A stretch of 63,165 nucleotides of DNA, filler included, from Collodictyon triciliatum (GCA_043381765.1; 4 parts of 4 records of this genome joined end to end with filler, not necessarily neighbours in it), one strand, 5' to 3'; positions 45,776 through 60,924 are shown, counted from the whole stretch's first letter. Numbers and translations are program-made. Notes: generated by a model not told the origin, from the letters alone.

Positions 45776-48700
45776 TTATGTTCGTATTGCCCTTTTAATT
45801 CTTGCAGTCAATTCTTCTGTATTCTCTTGGTTCCATTCGGCAACTTGCTGGGCTCCTTGAGGCTGGCATTTTTCATCAAAGAAATTGAGAAATTGTCGAT
45901 ATTTATATTCATTTCGATAAGCTCTGCTTATTTATGCAACTTTATTTATAACTCCGTAAGTTTTAAACCTTGTGATTGGTACACATGTTTACATTTCATC
46001 ATTTTTTTTCCTTTAATCAATTCAAAACTTTTTTTTTAAGATAGAAGTTACCCTTTTTCTCAATTCAGATTGCGTCGTGATTTCGGCTAGAATCCTTTCA
46101 AGTTTAGACTTTCGTTCCAGTGTTTGAGGCCCTTCGATGAGCTCATTGGCCCAACGTTCCAGCACCTTGAAGTAAACCCGCATAATGTAGCTTTGAATGT
46201 CTTTGTTCTAAACAAAAGGTGTTAGTCGAATTCCACACACCGCAGTTGTAATATTAGTAATCTAGTTGTTTTATCCATGAAACAGAAAGGTACGAGCTAA
46301 GTGTACACAAATGCCGGGTGTGGAAATAACTTTAAAATTTAAGATATACGGCGGTATTACTTTCTCATAAATAGACCGGTATAACTCCATGATTCTATTA
46401 TAGTTGGTAAAGTGTTTCAAGACAAAGGAATCCAATACTCTGGTTGGCACACAAGGACGCGATTGGCTATTTTTTACTTCCAGAATTTCGACGAGAGGGT
46501 CTATGGTCGAGTGGCAAATGTCAAATGTATATCAGCGTTTGGTGTGAGCTTTACTTTAAAAAAAAAATTCTGTTGTTCTATATCAACTTCAAACTTCAAA
46601 CTACATCGCCTTGAAAACGAACAAATGCTAGGGTCTGGACAAACCAGTGAAAAGACTTTGCCATATAGACTCCAATGATAAGGCGATGCTTTCGATTACG
46701 CTCAAAAGATAATCAATATCGCTGTTCTTCCTGGATTCTGTAATATTTTGGATTTTGTATGCTCAGGTTTCAGATTAAAATATAATAGAGAAAGTATTGG
46801 AAATATTGTGCAAATAAAGGAATAAACGCACCTTTGTCAAGTAGGGTGTACCAATAATCTTTGATTTTTGCCTTTTGTCCTTCCAAATGCATGATTGAAA
46901 TACATAAGTCGTGGAGCTCTTGTCCTTCAGCAAGTTCTTCAATCTAAATTAAATTTGATACATGTGGAATGTGCATTTTTCAAAATTGCAGAAAACAAAT
47001 ATCGTTCATAAAATTACTTTCAGAGGGAAAAAAAAAATTTTTTTAGAGCATTCAAACTAGCACCTACTGCCCACATAGAGAAAAATTGAAAGTAATAGAA
47101 CACATCAACTTTTACCTCACTACTAGGCAGAATTTTCTGTCGTAGTTTACGGATGGTGTGATTTGGGTCCTAAAAAATAATGTACATGGAAATAAATAAG
47201 TGAGTAGATAAATAAGTGAATACATCCGAGATTTGAACCAAACGAGTGAAAGTGAAAAGTATGTGGCGATGATGGGCTTACCTGGAATCTGGACTGATAT
47301 ATTTCATATATTTTGTTTTGGATTCGAGCAATCTGATGCAAAATTTTTAAGCACAATATTAGTATTTTTTGCAAACTGTGTCTGGTCAATTCAGTAGAAT
47401 ACACAGAAACAGCAATTTTCCTTGGAAAAAAATGTACCTCAAACTTTTTCTTTATTTGCGTTGAGGTGTGGCTAAACAAATAGTACAATTCATAGGTTAT
47501 CTTCTTGCTAATTACATCCACAATTGCATTCATATATATATCTGATTTCTTTGAGGCGGATTAAAAAAAAGCATACTCTTGCTGAGTTTTAGATGTCATA
47601 AAGTGGCAAGCTCGCTGCAAGTGGTTTGTAATCAGGGTAATTGGTGCCTCATCAACTACAAAAGGTGATGTACTGTTTGTGTCAACTCGAAAGAAGTTTG
47701 TCAAAGACGTTGCACAATAATTATGATGTCTAAAATAGAAAACCAAGGACCAAGTCCAAATCTAGATTCATGTACAATAATACCGACCCGATGGTGGAAG
47801 GCTTTCAATCTTATCTGCGATGCTCCCGTGAATCTGCGTAGCTTTTTGCTGTTTGTTATTGAGTGTATAATAGTCTACTAATCTATTACCCCACCAGCGC
47901 AGGGGCCTGTAATATTCCGCTCTATAGAATTGCAATTATTGAACCAATTAAATGGTAAATTGTGTAGCTAATCGTGAAATTCTAATCGTGATATACATTT
48001 ATGTTAATCAGACTTACGAATTATTGCTGTTAAGGTAACGTCTAAAGTTCATTTCAAAGTATTTTTCGATGGCACCAAACTCGCTCTATATTGGTCAACC
48101 GGCAGATTCCCAATCAATTTTTGTAAACTGTGGTATGAACATAAATATCCAATATAAAGGTCTTATAAGACACAAATTACTCAGAACCTTAAGCAAAACT
48201 TCCTCGGCATCAGAATCAAGTTGGATATGCTCTCGGTCAGGATACAAATATTCCAAGATTTCGAGACCGACTTCTTGTTTGGATGACCGATTTATGCGCT
48301 TTATGACCTAAAGTATTTGCACATACTATTTTGGAACAGGTTGCAAACAATTACCCCTTGTATAATAATTTAGAAAGTGATAGTCCCACACTAACCTCCC
48401 GAAATTCATTCACCAAGTGACGGTGAAGCCTAGGAGTATTATCTAATGCAAGGATGCAGGAAAAGTAAAACAATGTCTATTATTTTATGTGTTCTTCTTT
48501 GATAGCATGTTACATAATCTTGAGTAGTTATAATGTAATATATATAAAAGAGACATCCATGAGGTGTGTAACTGACCTTCAGGCACCTTGAGAAAATCAT
48601 AGATACATTCAACCATTGTTTGGATGAGGATTCTTTTTGTGATATTCACATCGGCTTCATTCAAGAGGAAGACGTTAGTGTGACCTCCTATTGTAAAATA

Positions 48701-51700
48701 TGAGAATGAATACATAAAATAGTAAAACTCTACAAAATCTAATGTATGGAATCTATAGAGTTATTAGCCCTTCTTTTTTTTTTCACTTAAGTAAAAAAAA
48801 ATTATGATACCTTGTCCGTCAAACCGAATGTATCTCTCCAGAGTAATAAGGAATCCGAAATGCGGCATGCGTGCGAGTCTGCGATGAATAAATATGCAAG
48901 GATTGAGTAAAGTAATATATTCTATGTTCTATGTTCATCCCGAATGGAAGTGATTCGATAAAGACTTAAAAACAAACAGGGAAATATATTCAAGCAGCAT
49001 AGTCAAGTATGAGAATACATGTTATGCATACCTGAAGTCTTTCACATATGTATCCAACGGAAATGTACGTGTGTGGCAAACTTTAAGGATATGCTATATC
49101 AAATGTGGTAAGAAATAGTTCTAGTATTGTTTCTTTTACAACAAAGCCATCCAAACCTCAAAAGCTGCTTTATAATCTCCCATCTTCATTTTTGTTCTCC
49201 CAAGATATTCCTTTTCATAATGATTATAGGATATTTAAATTTATACTAGCTGTGTGTTACTCTACAACGTATGATAATCAACATAGTATGTACAAGTATA
49301 AACTGCATTTTGTATCAATAATTGAGTAACTAATCGTTTCTTTTCTACGACCCTAATTTGTTTTACCTCGATATCATAATGATTAAAGTATGAAGGTGCA
49401 ATNNNNNNNNNNNNNNNNNNNNNNNNNNNNNNNNNNNNNNNNNNNNNNNNNNNNNNNNNNNNNNNNNNNNNNNNNNNNNNNNNNNNNNNNNNNNNNNNNN
49501 NNNNNNNNNNNNNNNNNNNNNNNNNNNNNNNNNNNNNNNNNNNNNNNNNNNNNNNNNNNNNNNNNNNNNNNNNNNNNNNNNNNNNNNNNNNNNNNNNNNN
49601 NNNNNNNNNNNNNNNNNNNNNNNNNNNNNNNNNNNNNNNNNNNNNNNNNNNNNNNNNNNNNNNNNNNNNNNNNNNNNNNNNNNNNNNNNNNNNNNNNNNN
49701 NNNNNNNNNNNNNNNNNNNNNNNNNNNNNNNNNNNNNNNNNNNNNNNNNNNNNNNNNNNNNNNNNNNNNNNNNNNNNNNNNNNNNNNNNNNNNNNNNNNN
49801 NNNNNNNNNNNNNNNNNNNNNNNNNNNNNNNNNNNNNNNNNNNNNNNNNNNNNNNNNNNNNNNNNNNNNNNNNNNNNNNNNNNNNNNNNNNNNNNGCTCT
49901 AGTTTCAAAATGAGTATTATACGAAGGTAAGTTTTCTTACAAAGATGTGTTGAGCAGAGTGGTTTTGGTAAGCATCGAAAGCAAAGCACAAGTTTCAGTA
50001 AGACGAAAAAGGAGGAAGTAAAGTTGGCTCAAGTGTGGACTTCGAACCTGCCCAAAAAAATATAAAGTATCAGTATATATAGTGGTGTAGAAACAGTGCG
50101 CTTGTTAATTTCTTTGTTTACAGGTAAACCATACAATCTTGTCCCATGAATCTTTGTCTTGGCTGAGTGCTCGTAAATCGTTGGGGAGATGGGCACCATC
50201 GTTCTGTAGAATGTTCTTTAAAGCATTTAAGGGGATTGCCACTTGGTCAAAAAGCGATGCAGGTGTAACCCATTTCACTTCGTCGCGATATGCATCATAA
50301 CTCAGTATTTTCTATTTTGAGAATGGTGTAGAGGAAAACAGCAAGATTTGCAAAGTGAACTTTCGAATGCATTACAAGTTTTAGTATGGCGTTTGCTATT
50401 CAATTAAATTTCATTGTGTTTCGAGCTACATTATTAAACTGTTTGAATAAGAGGCAGTCCCATTCGTCCGCTGTATGAAACTCACTTGGTTCCATATAGG
50501 ACGAAGCACACGAGAACAGAATGTAAGAATGGAGTCCTTGACTAGAGAGAAGAAAATGGCGAGTAGCATGAATAGGTCGGCAACATGGGTCTAGGTAGCG
50601 TCTAAAGGTAATTGTATGATATAGTGGTTATATTGCCTGATATTGGAAAATCAAACCATACCTAATTTCGGGTTTGTTTTTATCTTATCCGAGATAGTTG
50701 CGATACTATTCGAACGAAGTTTGGTCAGAGTGGCTGGGTCTGGTGTTCGAAGTGGGCACAAGTATGGATAAACTATTTTTAAGTAAACACTAGTGAGTAT
50801 CCCAACCCAAGGCTTTAAATCCGAAGAAAAATGATATATGGGATGCTAGATATATTAACATTCAAATTTTAGGGGCATGTAATTGCAGGTGGTACCCCTT
50901 CCTAGAATATTGGACGGAATCAAAGTAGAGTATCTCTGGCCAGGGTCTGTGCAGGAACACTCAATAAATCCTGCCAGCAGCTCTTCGTGAGGGATGCCCT
51001 AGATTTGAAATGGAAAGAATATAAAATAAAATAAACTCATTAGATAACAATGAGTATTACTAGGTTCTGATTTTTTTTCTGTTTGCTTTTCCTATATGAA
51101 TGACATATTGTCTTTGAATCGAATAAAGCGGGAAAATGCATGGCATATAGTATTTCATGAAAAGGTGTTCTATTCTTGAACCGCCATAGGGGGCATTACC
51201 GTAGGGCTCTATATGTATATATAAAGAATGAGAGGAGAAATATCAGAGTAAATAATCATTCCAATATAAACTAGAGAGTGGTATGGAGAGCTCTACCTGA
51301 GATTGTTGAATGGTGGTGGATATCTCATCCGATGGCTGAGTCTTTACGAATCTATAGACACCTGCATTTCATACGATGATTGTATTAGACATAAGTATAA
51401 ACTAAGATATAGTAATTGAATCCAAGAAATAATTTCATAAAAAACTATCGTCCTCCTTTTAATAGAAATATGTGGCCCAACTACTGGAGAAGAAAAGGTG
51501 TAAACAAGTAGTCACCTGTGTGCGAAAGAATGACAAACTCTCTCCGGGGGAGATGATATTGTGCATATTCGTTACGCGATGTATCTACCATTATATCCTT
51601 CCTTCAAGAAGATAGTTGTAAATGGAAGATGAATGAGGGGAACAGCTCAATATGGTTCATTTTGTAATATTGATTCAGTTGTGGTCACCAAGATGATGCT

Positions 51701-54700
51701 TGGGCCGTGGAGAAGTATATAAATAAAAAAGCACCATGAAGACACACAAGCATCAGTAACTTGAGATAGGAGATATTGAGTGTCCAACTCCACTATATGC
51801 ACTGGACAATCCCGGAGCTTAAGGAAATATTATTAGGCGAGTGCAAGGAAAAATTAGTCATAAACTTTTGCAAATTAAAAGATGTTATGAAGGTTTATTC
51901 CATTATTGAATGAAATTCTTGGAATCGAATAAAGGGAAAAAAATCCTCTGTGGAATTAAAATATTGTAATCTCGTGATATTAAATGAAATAGAGATAAAT
52001 GAAGTATATGGCCATGTTGAATCGCATAAGAGTAGCATTTTTTTTTGAAATCATAATAGCTACTTTGTGAACGTAGGTCCTTTCACCAATGGGAATGCTA
52101 TTAACAAAACATATTAGGGAGAATTACTGAGAATTATGACTAATATCAAATATATAGTAGTATATTTGACATCAATGACTCATGATAAAATTATTGACAC
52201 AAGTAATGATATGCATCATAGTATATGGTCAGTTGATATGGGTCATACAAATCAGTATGATGCGATGGATTACGGGGGCCGTTGGACCCTTCTCGCTCAT
52301 TAAACTGTTGTCTAACCCGCATAGAGTGAAGGAGGAGCTTGTACTGGCCCTACATAGGCGTTCATTTGAGGATAAAAGGACTCGTTTCTTCTTCAACAAT
52401 ATATATGGATGAGTTGTGCTTATTCATCCGTATGAGAGAAAGAATAAGAATACTCGTTTAAAAAAAGTAGATGAGAGCAAGCTAGGCAACAAACTTGTGG
52501 GTTTGGCGTTAAAGGGCAACTAATATACATGCCCTTCGAATAGAAGCTAGTCTTGAGGAAAGTGTTTGAATTGCCAACTATTTGAGAGACAGTGATTTGG
52601 GTGCCACCGAGGAAGACACCAGCTTCATACTACATTGAAATTTATTCCAAATAAAAATATATGATGCGTGAGAGAATTGGAGATAACATACAAAGGTACA
52701 GGTAAGCTATGATATAAGAAATAATTGAAAAGCTTTTTTTTTGTTTTAAGAAGAAAAAAAGTAGTAAAAGCCACTGACCGTCATCCAGGAGCAATAAAGG
52801 CGTTTTCCCTTGTCAGTCACTACAAAGCAAGGGTTGATAGGGGTGAGTCATCGTTTCGTGTAAGGGTCGTATACAAAAGAATAAAGATGAAAGGAAATCA
52901 AAGGTTAATCTTAAAGAAGAGATTTCATGGATAAGTCCTAGTATATACCTATCATCAAGAAGTCATTATCAGACTCATATTTGGAAATCGGAAACATCTG
53001 GATCGGGGTCTCTGGTTCCTGTGATTATTTTTATTCTTCCTTTCAACTTTTGTGCAGGACCGAGTGTTCAACGAATTCATGATGAAATATGGAGTATATG
53101 ATGCAATTTGCAATTTAAAGATATGTAAAGTTTGCCCAATTTAAGAACTATGTTGAGATACTAAGCTATTCCCTACCAGAGAAGGATTCGGCGCGATGTG
53201 TTCTTTAATCGAATACGAGTTCAGATGTTGGAACGTATCTCCATCTATGGGGTTTATACTGTATATCTAATGTATATTGTTTATTTAGCATAATCGAAGG
53301 TGATATGACCAGCTGTTTGTTTGAGGTGCTGAGAAATTTTGCTGGGATTTTTACTCCAGGCTATGAACAATCTCTCCATTACTATTTTTCATGTAATATT
53401 TTATCGTAATTAGAAAATGATAAGAGATATGGTAATTAGACTGCTCACATGAAGGGAACCATTTTTTAAGAGTCGGTATAAATATCCTCTCGACTCGTCG
53501 ATGCACATATCAATTGGATGTTCATCCCCAAATACAAGCCTATGCGATGCGGGTTAGGTAATTCTAAAAGAGAGAGAAATTGTATATCCAGGAATATATA
53601 TATATATATTACTGACATTAAAAATATAAGATGAACCTTTTAATCATAGACGGGAGTATTGAATTCAGTACATCACTGGTTCGGTCGATTTTACGTATTT
53701 TTGAAGAGAACCATTGATTTTCTTTGTGGTAGATAAACTCAAATATTGTTGAGTCTGTTGAGAGTAGAAATACTCTACCAGATGATGTGGTAACAATTTT
53801 TTTCACCACGGTATTTTCCAGACGCAATGAGTAATCTCCTGGTATTCGTTATGATAATGAGATGATTGAGACAATGAGTGCGATAGATTTAAATAATAGA
53901 TAAGAACAGGGAAAGGAGGAAGAAAGAGAGTATAATACAACATCAAATATAATTATGAAGATAAGGCAATGGAGTGACGACCGACTCTCCTCATGATTGA
54001 ATAGACCGCTCAATAGTGTGGTCACAGGTCTTATGAATATCATTTTCAACTCTGTTATTGTAATGACTATGAGAGCGTGCTCAAATTCAAATCCAAATGA
54101 AGGATTCAATCTCACAACCGCAACATCTAGAATATTTTCACCAGCCTCAATCACAGTGTAAGCGTTTCTAAGTGGTATACAGTCCGTTACTTAATAGAGG
54201 AAAGAGATCGGCATGAGGAAGACGTGACTGTTTCAGTTACCATTTGAAATGATGATGGAAATGAATGCACGGATTTAAATGAGCGTATGTAATGGTTGAA
54301 GTTGTCAGGAATAGGTATTAATAAGCTTTTCATAGATAGAATAGGTTTTAAGTCTTACGGTGATATTAAGCTCCACAAGAATAATCGAGAGTCGAATGCT
54401 GCCCATGCTTGAAAAATCTCAGGAAGGAGCCCCTGATAGAAAGTATATACCACCCGTTCATGGGAGTTAAGAAACACATGCTTTTGTGCAGAACAGAGAA
54501 AGAGAACGCTCTAATATGATAAACGATTCGATAAGAATGTGGAAGTGGTTGGATATTTAGAGCAGCTTCATCCAAGGCTTTCGGGCGCTGAATGAACCGG
54601 CTACCCCCGATTATTTTCCAGTGACGCTCATCCTCGTGCTCAATTTGACCGAGGGTAAATGCTGTTGTTCCCTTGAGATTTTTTGGTCATTTTAAAATTA

Positions 54701-55484
54701 TTTTACTGAGGTGAAGAATGATTATATTAACAAAATAGAAGGTATATGAGTAAATCTTATGAAATTATTCATTAGTATGGAATCGTTATGGTGGAAAGCA
54801 ATATTTGCTGCTTCGGTTTAATCATGCACAGAATGTAGGGAGATATTTGTACGTAGTCTGGAAAATGAAGACGTATGGTCCAATTTAAAACAAATCAAAT
54901 GAATAGGTATCTTTGAATGCTCACAAATTTATCTTGTTCCAATGCACCGTCAATCTTCGCTGCCAGGTCGAAAAGGATTTTAGAGTCGTCTTCATTCAAG
55001 AGTCTGTTTGCACGTAAACCTTCTGAATTCCGAACCAAATTATCCCTAATAGAACATATTTTCAAAATTAGGCACCATGGAAGGTTTGGTATTCTTTCAT
55101 GCGTAAATTAGTTCGAACAATGCGATGGTTCAAAAGGACCAAGCCCACTTCCTAGGACGTATTTTTCTTGCTGGTAATTAATGTGCTCGTATTGTATATA
55201 AATTGGTAAAGTGACTGATATTTTATTTTTACAGTTCATTTAGAACATTTGTGGGCGCAAGTTGTAGTCACAAGTTACTTTGAATCAAATAATAATAAAA
55301 ATAAAAATAAAGGGGGGACTTTATTCACAGATTGGGTATGTGTGCAGAATAAAGTGTGTAATTATCAAAAAAAAAAAAAAAAGCCCCTTAAAAAATGTGC
55401 AGTGAGAAGGGTATAGTAGTACCCGAGTAGTTCTTCCATGTGGCTCTTGCTAGAGAATCCTTGGGAGTATCCCGCTGACGACAT
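45776..55484 (-). CDS. NUP155: Nucleoporin Nup155/Nup170, many exons; includes an AT-AC intron and the N gap at 49403-49895
   Basis: GLLPEIFQAWAAFDSRLFLW, IVTTSSGRVFL...IFEFIY...WFSSKIRKID, IDESRGYLY, QYHLPRREFVILSHTG. ATG at 55484 splices in frame; terminal exon ends RAIRT*. Not every internal exon was traced. Confidence 0.85.
54456..54556 (-). other. U12-type (minor spliceosome) AT-AC intron, 101 nt
   Basis: Donor ATATCCAA, branch point TTTCTTAAC ending 10 nt before the terminal AC; removal restores the frame as DEAALRVVYTFYQGLLPE. Confidence 0.8.
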
Positions 55485-57236
55485 TCCTGATTATACTGAA
55501 GGGCACAGAAAGAAGACAACGAAATATGACCAGTTAATCCCAGATATCGCTTAGGTGTGGGGCATAAGAATGAGACTGATTGATGTGAGTTCGATAGCGG
55601 TAAAAACTTGAAATAGAAAAGAGTTGGTTCAAGCGAAAGGTCTCGAGTCTTTGGTCCCCACTGTTTGAACCCTCAATCTTTATAAGTACGACAGTGTGAT
55701 GAAACAGGGTATAGGGAACTAGTTGTGGAGCATCGTAAGCCAAACGAGGCGTAGGTTTTAAGCGACTTCTAGATCACGAACCAATCAGATAAATAGAAAG
55801 AAAGCAACTTTTAAATACAAACACTTCGAAACTGAATATTTATTTATTCCCCTTATGCCATACAGACAACCATACTTTTTACTTAACCAATAGACAAGTA
55901 AATGCTGTGGCAAACAGAATGAGTTTGGTCTAAGCAGCCAATATCTCTGGCACGAAGAATTCTTGCTTCGGCTCTGCTGGAATAAACACTCGACAGGCTC
56001 AATGCCACTGTGCGAAAGAGACTAACACGTTGCGATTCCTGCAATCAAACACAGATTCAAATCCTGCGATTCAAGTCGTTGGATTATTGTGGTGGCGATC
56101 GAGTGCGATGAAAAAGTGGTGACCCAATTGTGGAATTCATATTGCAGAGAGCAAAAGAAAGGGAACAAGAGGGGCTTTTCCTGTGCGAGGGCCGCGCGTG
56201 TTTGCTGAAGCGTTTCGCCGAGAGTAAGCCATGGCATAGCAGTAAACATCTTGTAGGCGATTTTCTCACTGTTTATGAATTTTAAAGATTTTTTTCGTTC
56301 TTTTTTATATCTCATGATATACAACACATGTTATCCAACTGCCTTCAATCCGAGATATTCATTCAGCTTCTTAATCGTTTCGTAGTCGTATCACTTTAGC
56401 TTAGACAACGATTATTTATTTAGTTTGATATACGTCTTTTTTTCGGCTAACTGAGCAGATTTATTATTTGGATCTGGATGATGCTCTCTCAAATTGGCAT
56501 TGCATATAATAAGGTCGAACTCGCAGGGTAGCCAAAAGCAGCTTTCCATCGGCCTTTTCATCGTCCAAGGCATTTCACTTAGACACATAGATTGCGCTCA
56601 TTTCACACTTCTGGCAAAGCAGCTGGCTGTCCCATGTTAACTCCGGCATTTTTTAGCTTCGGTTGTGTAATGCGACTCAGTTGATGCTGTATCTGCCAAC
56701 ATCGGCGCATCAAAACCACAGCGCGTCTCATTGCCCGGCTGTATGCGGCGAATGAAGGGAAAGATTTTGACAAACACCCCAAAGAAGCGTATTGATCGAA
56801 TCACAAAGATCCACACGAGACAAGAGCCAAGGAAAACGAAATGAGAGAAAAGAAGAAAGGGGAAACCTTCAATGACCAAAAACAAGAGAGAAAAAAGGAA
56901 TATCAACGCCTCGTTTAATCGGTCATGTTTGTTGTGCAATGAGACGGAAACTATACTCCATCACCAGCAACACTCTCGTATATAACACATCGGCCCTTTT
57001 TGTCTCTCTGATGAAGCTCTCGCAAAAAATGGCTTATTGATCCATCTACTTCGGGAGTTAGTGATCAGTCCTTCCAGGGCGATACTGCCAACCACTAGCA
57101 CAAATACGAAATAGAAGAAAGGGAAAATGAGTCCTTTTGCTGGGCTTTGTTGCTGACTGTTTTATTTTTCTTCGACAGGATACCTGTATAAGCAGGGTAC
57201 AGGAAGCAGAAAAGTGAACAGGACGCCCCAACCGCT

Positions 57237-59562
57237 ATGCGCAAGTCGACAGGGATGCACCGCAAGTCGGTCTTTCGAAGCAGCGGACTCTTTGACCCTC
57301 GTCGATCTTTGACCATGCGCGGCGATCGTTCTCGCTCACTGGCCGGTCCAAGCAATATTCCGGTTTGTGGGCAATATAAACGACAAACGAAGCTTTCTCT
57401 CATTTTGCATCAGCTATGTTTCCTTTTATTCTCTTTCACTTATTCATCTTCAGATATTCTGTAAAAAGAAATATATATGATGTGTAAGCATATGCGTTAA
57501 AATTTTGGTTAGCAATCATATTTATGAAATCTAGCCAATCGAGTCAAAACAAAAATCGGGTATCCTCTTGTATCACGTTGGAGGTTTTCTTGGTGGATGG
57601 AAAAAGAAGTTCATCAGTCTTAATAACCAACTAATGGAGATTTTCGACGATGAAAAGGTGATATTATCTTACTACGCTGAAGTGTTTTTTATTTTCTGGT
57701 AACTTTATTCGCAATATTACTTTTATTTTGTTTGGTTTATTATTATTAGTATTATTATTAGTATTATTATTAGTATTATTATTAGTATTATTATTAGTAT
57801 TATTATTAGTATTATTATTAGTATTATTATTAGTATTATTATCACTTGTTTCCTCGGCTTTGTTTTCTCTCAATAAACTGTTGAAAAGAAACCAAAAAAA
57901 AAGTATTATTATCACTTCTCTATTTTAAAAGTTTAATTAATATATCTCCTCTAAAATAAGACAGACTCGAAAATAATTTTACATAGTCTTGTCTTACATC
58001 CCAAATTAAAAAAAGGATCAACGCTCTCGAAACCATATCCGTCTTGCTCATGCCATCCTCGTTCATCCAACAATACATACGGACAAGAGATACAAAAAAG
58101 GCGTCACATTTGAGATTTATGAGCAAGATTTAGTGCACATACTTTGTTCCGAAAATGAAGAGCAAGGATTAGAGTGGATTTCTTTGATCAGGGAATGCAT
58201 AGAAGATGCCCGACTCCTCCTCTGCCTATCGCATGTAATTCAATTAAATGCGCTTTGGAGGGATAAAATCATTTGTACATGGTGTCTAAATATACGATAT
58301 TTTATCCAGAATATATCGACTACAAACATGCAGAAACAGGGATATCTTTTGGTTGCGAAAGTAGAACATAATCACACTGGAAATAGTCTTCAAGTGTCTC
58401 CCTCCATTGTGTGGGTTGAATTAGGGCAGGAAATATCTTGCTTCTTCGAAATTCCCGATAGTGGCAACCCGGTATCGATTCGAATTATGTTCCTATTATA
58501 TATTAAATGATTCTTTTGTGAGACAAGTTTGATGTTATTTATTCTAGATATTTCCGAAAATGGATTGTTGATTCTTCTCTATATGACATCTTATTCGAGT
58601 TTAGTGTGCAACAATCAGCTGGTATGCTTTCTGATAGAACGAACTCTCATAGGCCAACAGTAAACCAATCGAAGTTATTGATTTGTCTCGAGCCAACATG
58701 ATGACGCATGAAAAGACAGAGCAAGGGTCGTTTATCATCATTATTACTACTCCAAAGTCAAAATATTTGTTTCGAACAAGTAGCGCTTCATCTTTTCAAC
58801 GGTGGACAGAGTCTATCAAGCGCGCCATATACCAAGTCAAGGTTCCAATCTTAATTAAAAAAAAATCAATTTAGTGAATGTTCCGTGTTATTATCTCAAT
58901 TCACCAGGCACCGGCTTTCAAGCACCACATGCTAACAACTCTAATATAGCGCCTGTTAGAAGGTGTTGGGTATTACGAGGGCTGGCTAGTAAAACACGAA
59001 AAAGGGGCCTGGAAATCTTCCAAGCCAGGTTATCATATAATTCAAGATGGCTTTATCAATCGCTATTCTGATGAAAGGGTGAGTCTTGTCGGCGGCTGGA
59101 TACATTATATGTCTGATATCTAGATTGTTGTGCTATTACTCCCATTTTTTGATTCTTTCTTCTTTTATTCAATTCGATTTCTATTTATTCTGTTTGATTA
59201 TCTTTGTTTTCAGCCACACGCGATTTCGATAACAACACTGATAAATTCTCAAATTCAACAGAGCATCGTTGTTGAACGGTCGATTTGTTTATTCAATTGC
59301 GCAGTACATATCATCTCTTCTGGAGAGATTAAGCATGGATTTATGCTCAAAATAGTAAGCATTCGACTAATTAAGCTTGTTTTATGTCAAAATACTATAT
59401 GAGAATATTATCTTGCATATATTACAATTTCATAGGCTGGAAAGGTCATTTCTTTCGAAACCACAAATGCTTTGGAGGCGCAGAAATGGGTCGATGCACT
59501 AGAGACTGGTATTCGCCGCGCAAGGGTAAACGGCTAATTTGACTTTTCCCATCTCTTTTCCT

Positions 59563-59596
<34 letters not shown>

Positions 59597-60632
59597 GTTG
59601 CGCAATGAAGGAATGTTCTAATACTCAACCAATGTACGGCTTTTAAGATGATATGTATAAACAAGCTTTGATGATTCAATTCGTACAAAACGTAGGACAC
59701 CAAAGGGCATATCGTCAAACAAGGTTATCTCTTTAAAGACCCCCAGTCTATGATGTCGAAACCCAAATATCGGTGGTTTGTATTGAGATCCGGTATTCTC
59801 ACGTACTACGCACGGGATAGTGTAAGTATCGACTATAGACGATTTTTATGAATGATAAGCAGCAGTGAGAACTCCGCTATCTCCAATCCTCAATTACCAG
59901 AAAAAAAAATATTTTTTTCCCTATTATTTAATTCACAATCAAACAGGATAAAAATCCAATTGGGTCTTTTGAAACTTCCGAAATATCTGTGTCCATTCCC
60001 ACCACAGCCACAAAGGAAAAGTTTGGTTTTCACTTGAAAACAAACAAAGGGGTCTACCTTATGAGTGCATCGTCAAGAGAGGAGTTCCAAACGTGGGTCA
60101 AAGCCCTGCAGCAAGTCACAAGACGAAACAAGAGCTCCAGAGACAATGACCAAGCGCGAGATAGATGTAATTAATGAGTGATTATTTAATTGAACATTTT
60201 GAATCGAATAAAGGGGGGAAGTATTGTTGTACATTTTGGCACTTTATATTCAATTTTCCTACTTATGTATGTGTATTCGTCGATGCATATTGCTCTCGTC
60301 TGCTCTTTCCTCATTCCATTTTTTATAAAAATAAAAAAATGCTTCATCTAAGCCTTGAGCTGCCCTCCAAGAATCGATTCAACGAAAAATGACAGAAGAT
60401 TGACTGGGAATTTCTCTGCGATGTGTGGCCCCAATGGGAGCCTCAGTGGTTGGTGCCTTGTCCTTACTCCTTTTCATTAATGTTATTGTTTGATGTGCTC
60501 CCTTTATTTTATTCGAATGAATGTCGAAACCCTTAATATGGATATGAGTGTGTGTATAATTAAATTATATATTATGACTTTTGCTTTCACTAACAGAAAT
60601 GCTTCGATTATCGGACCCGAGTGCAATGTCAG
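57237..60632 (+). CDS. Protein with four tandem PH domains; both ends uncertain, cut by the spacer
   Basis: KSGILLYHVGGFLGGWKKKFISL...EWISLI; KQGYLLV...FQRWTESI; YEGWLVKH...AQKWVDAL; KQGYLFK...YRWFVLRSGILTYY...FQTWVKAL. Confidence 0.85.
57738..57840. repeat. (TATTATTATTAG)n intronic repeat
   Basis: Visible tandem repeat. Confidence 0.9.
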
Positions 60633-60924
60633 GTACGGCATGTTTTTATTTTGTTTTGTTTTTATTTTGTTTTGTTTTTATTTTGTTTTTTTTATTTTGT
60701 TTTGTTTTGTTTTTATTTTGTTTTGTTTTTATTTTGTTTTTATTTTGTTTTTTATTTTGTTTTGTTTTTATTTTGTTTTGTTTTTATTTTTATTTTTATT
60801 TTTATTTTGTTTTGTTACTATTTTATTTTATTTTGTTTTATTTTTGTTTTATTTTTGTTTTATTTTTGTTTTATTTTTGTTTTATTTTTGTTTTATTTTT
60901 GTTTTATTTTTGTTTTATTTTTGT

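Noticed and set aside
55500-56950. Short ORFs between Nup155 and the PH gene
   Set aside because: No recognisable domains; probably UTR, promoter or unresolved 5' exons.
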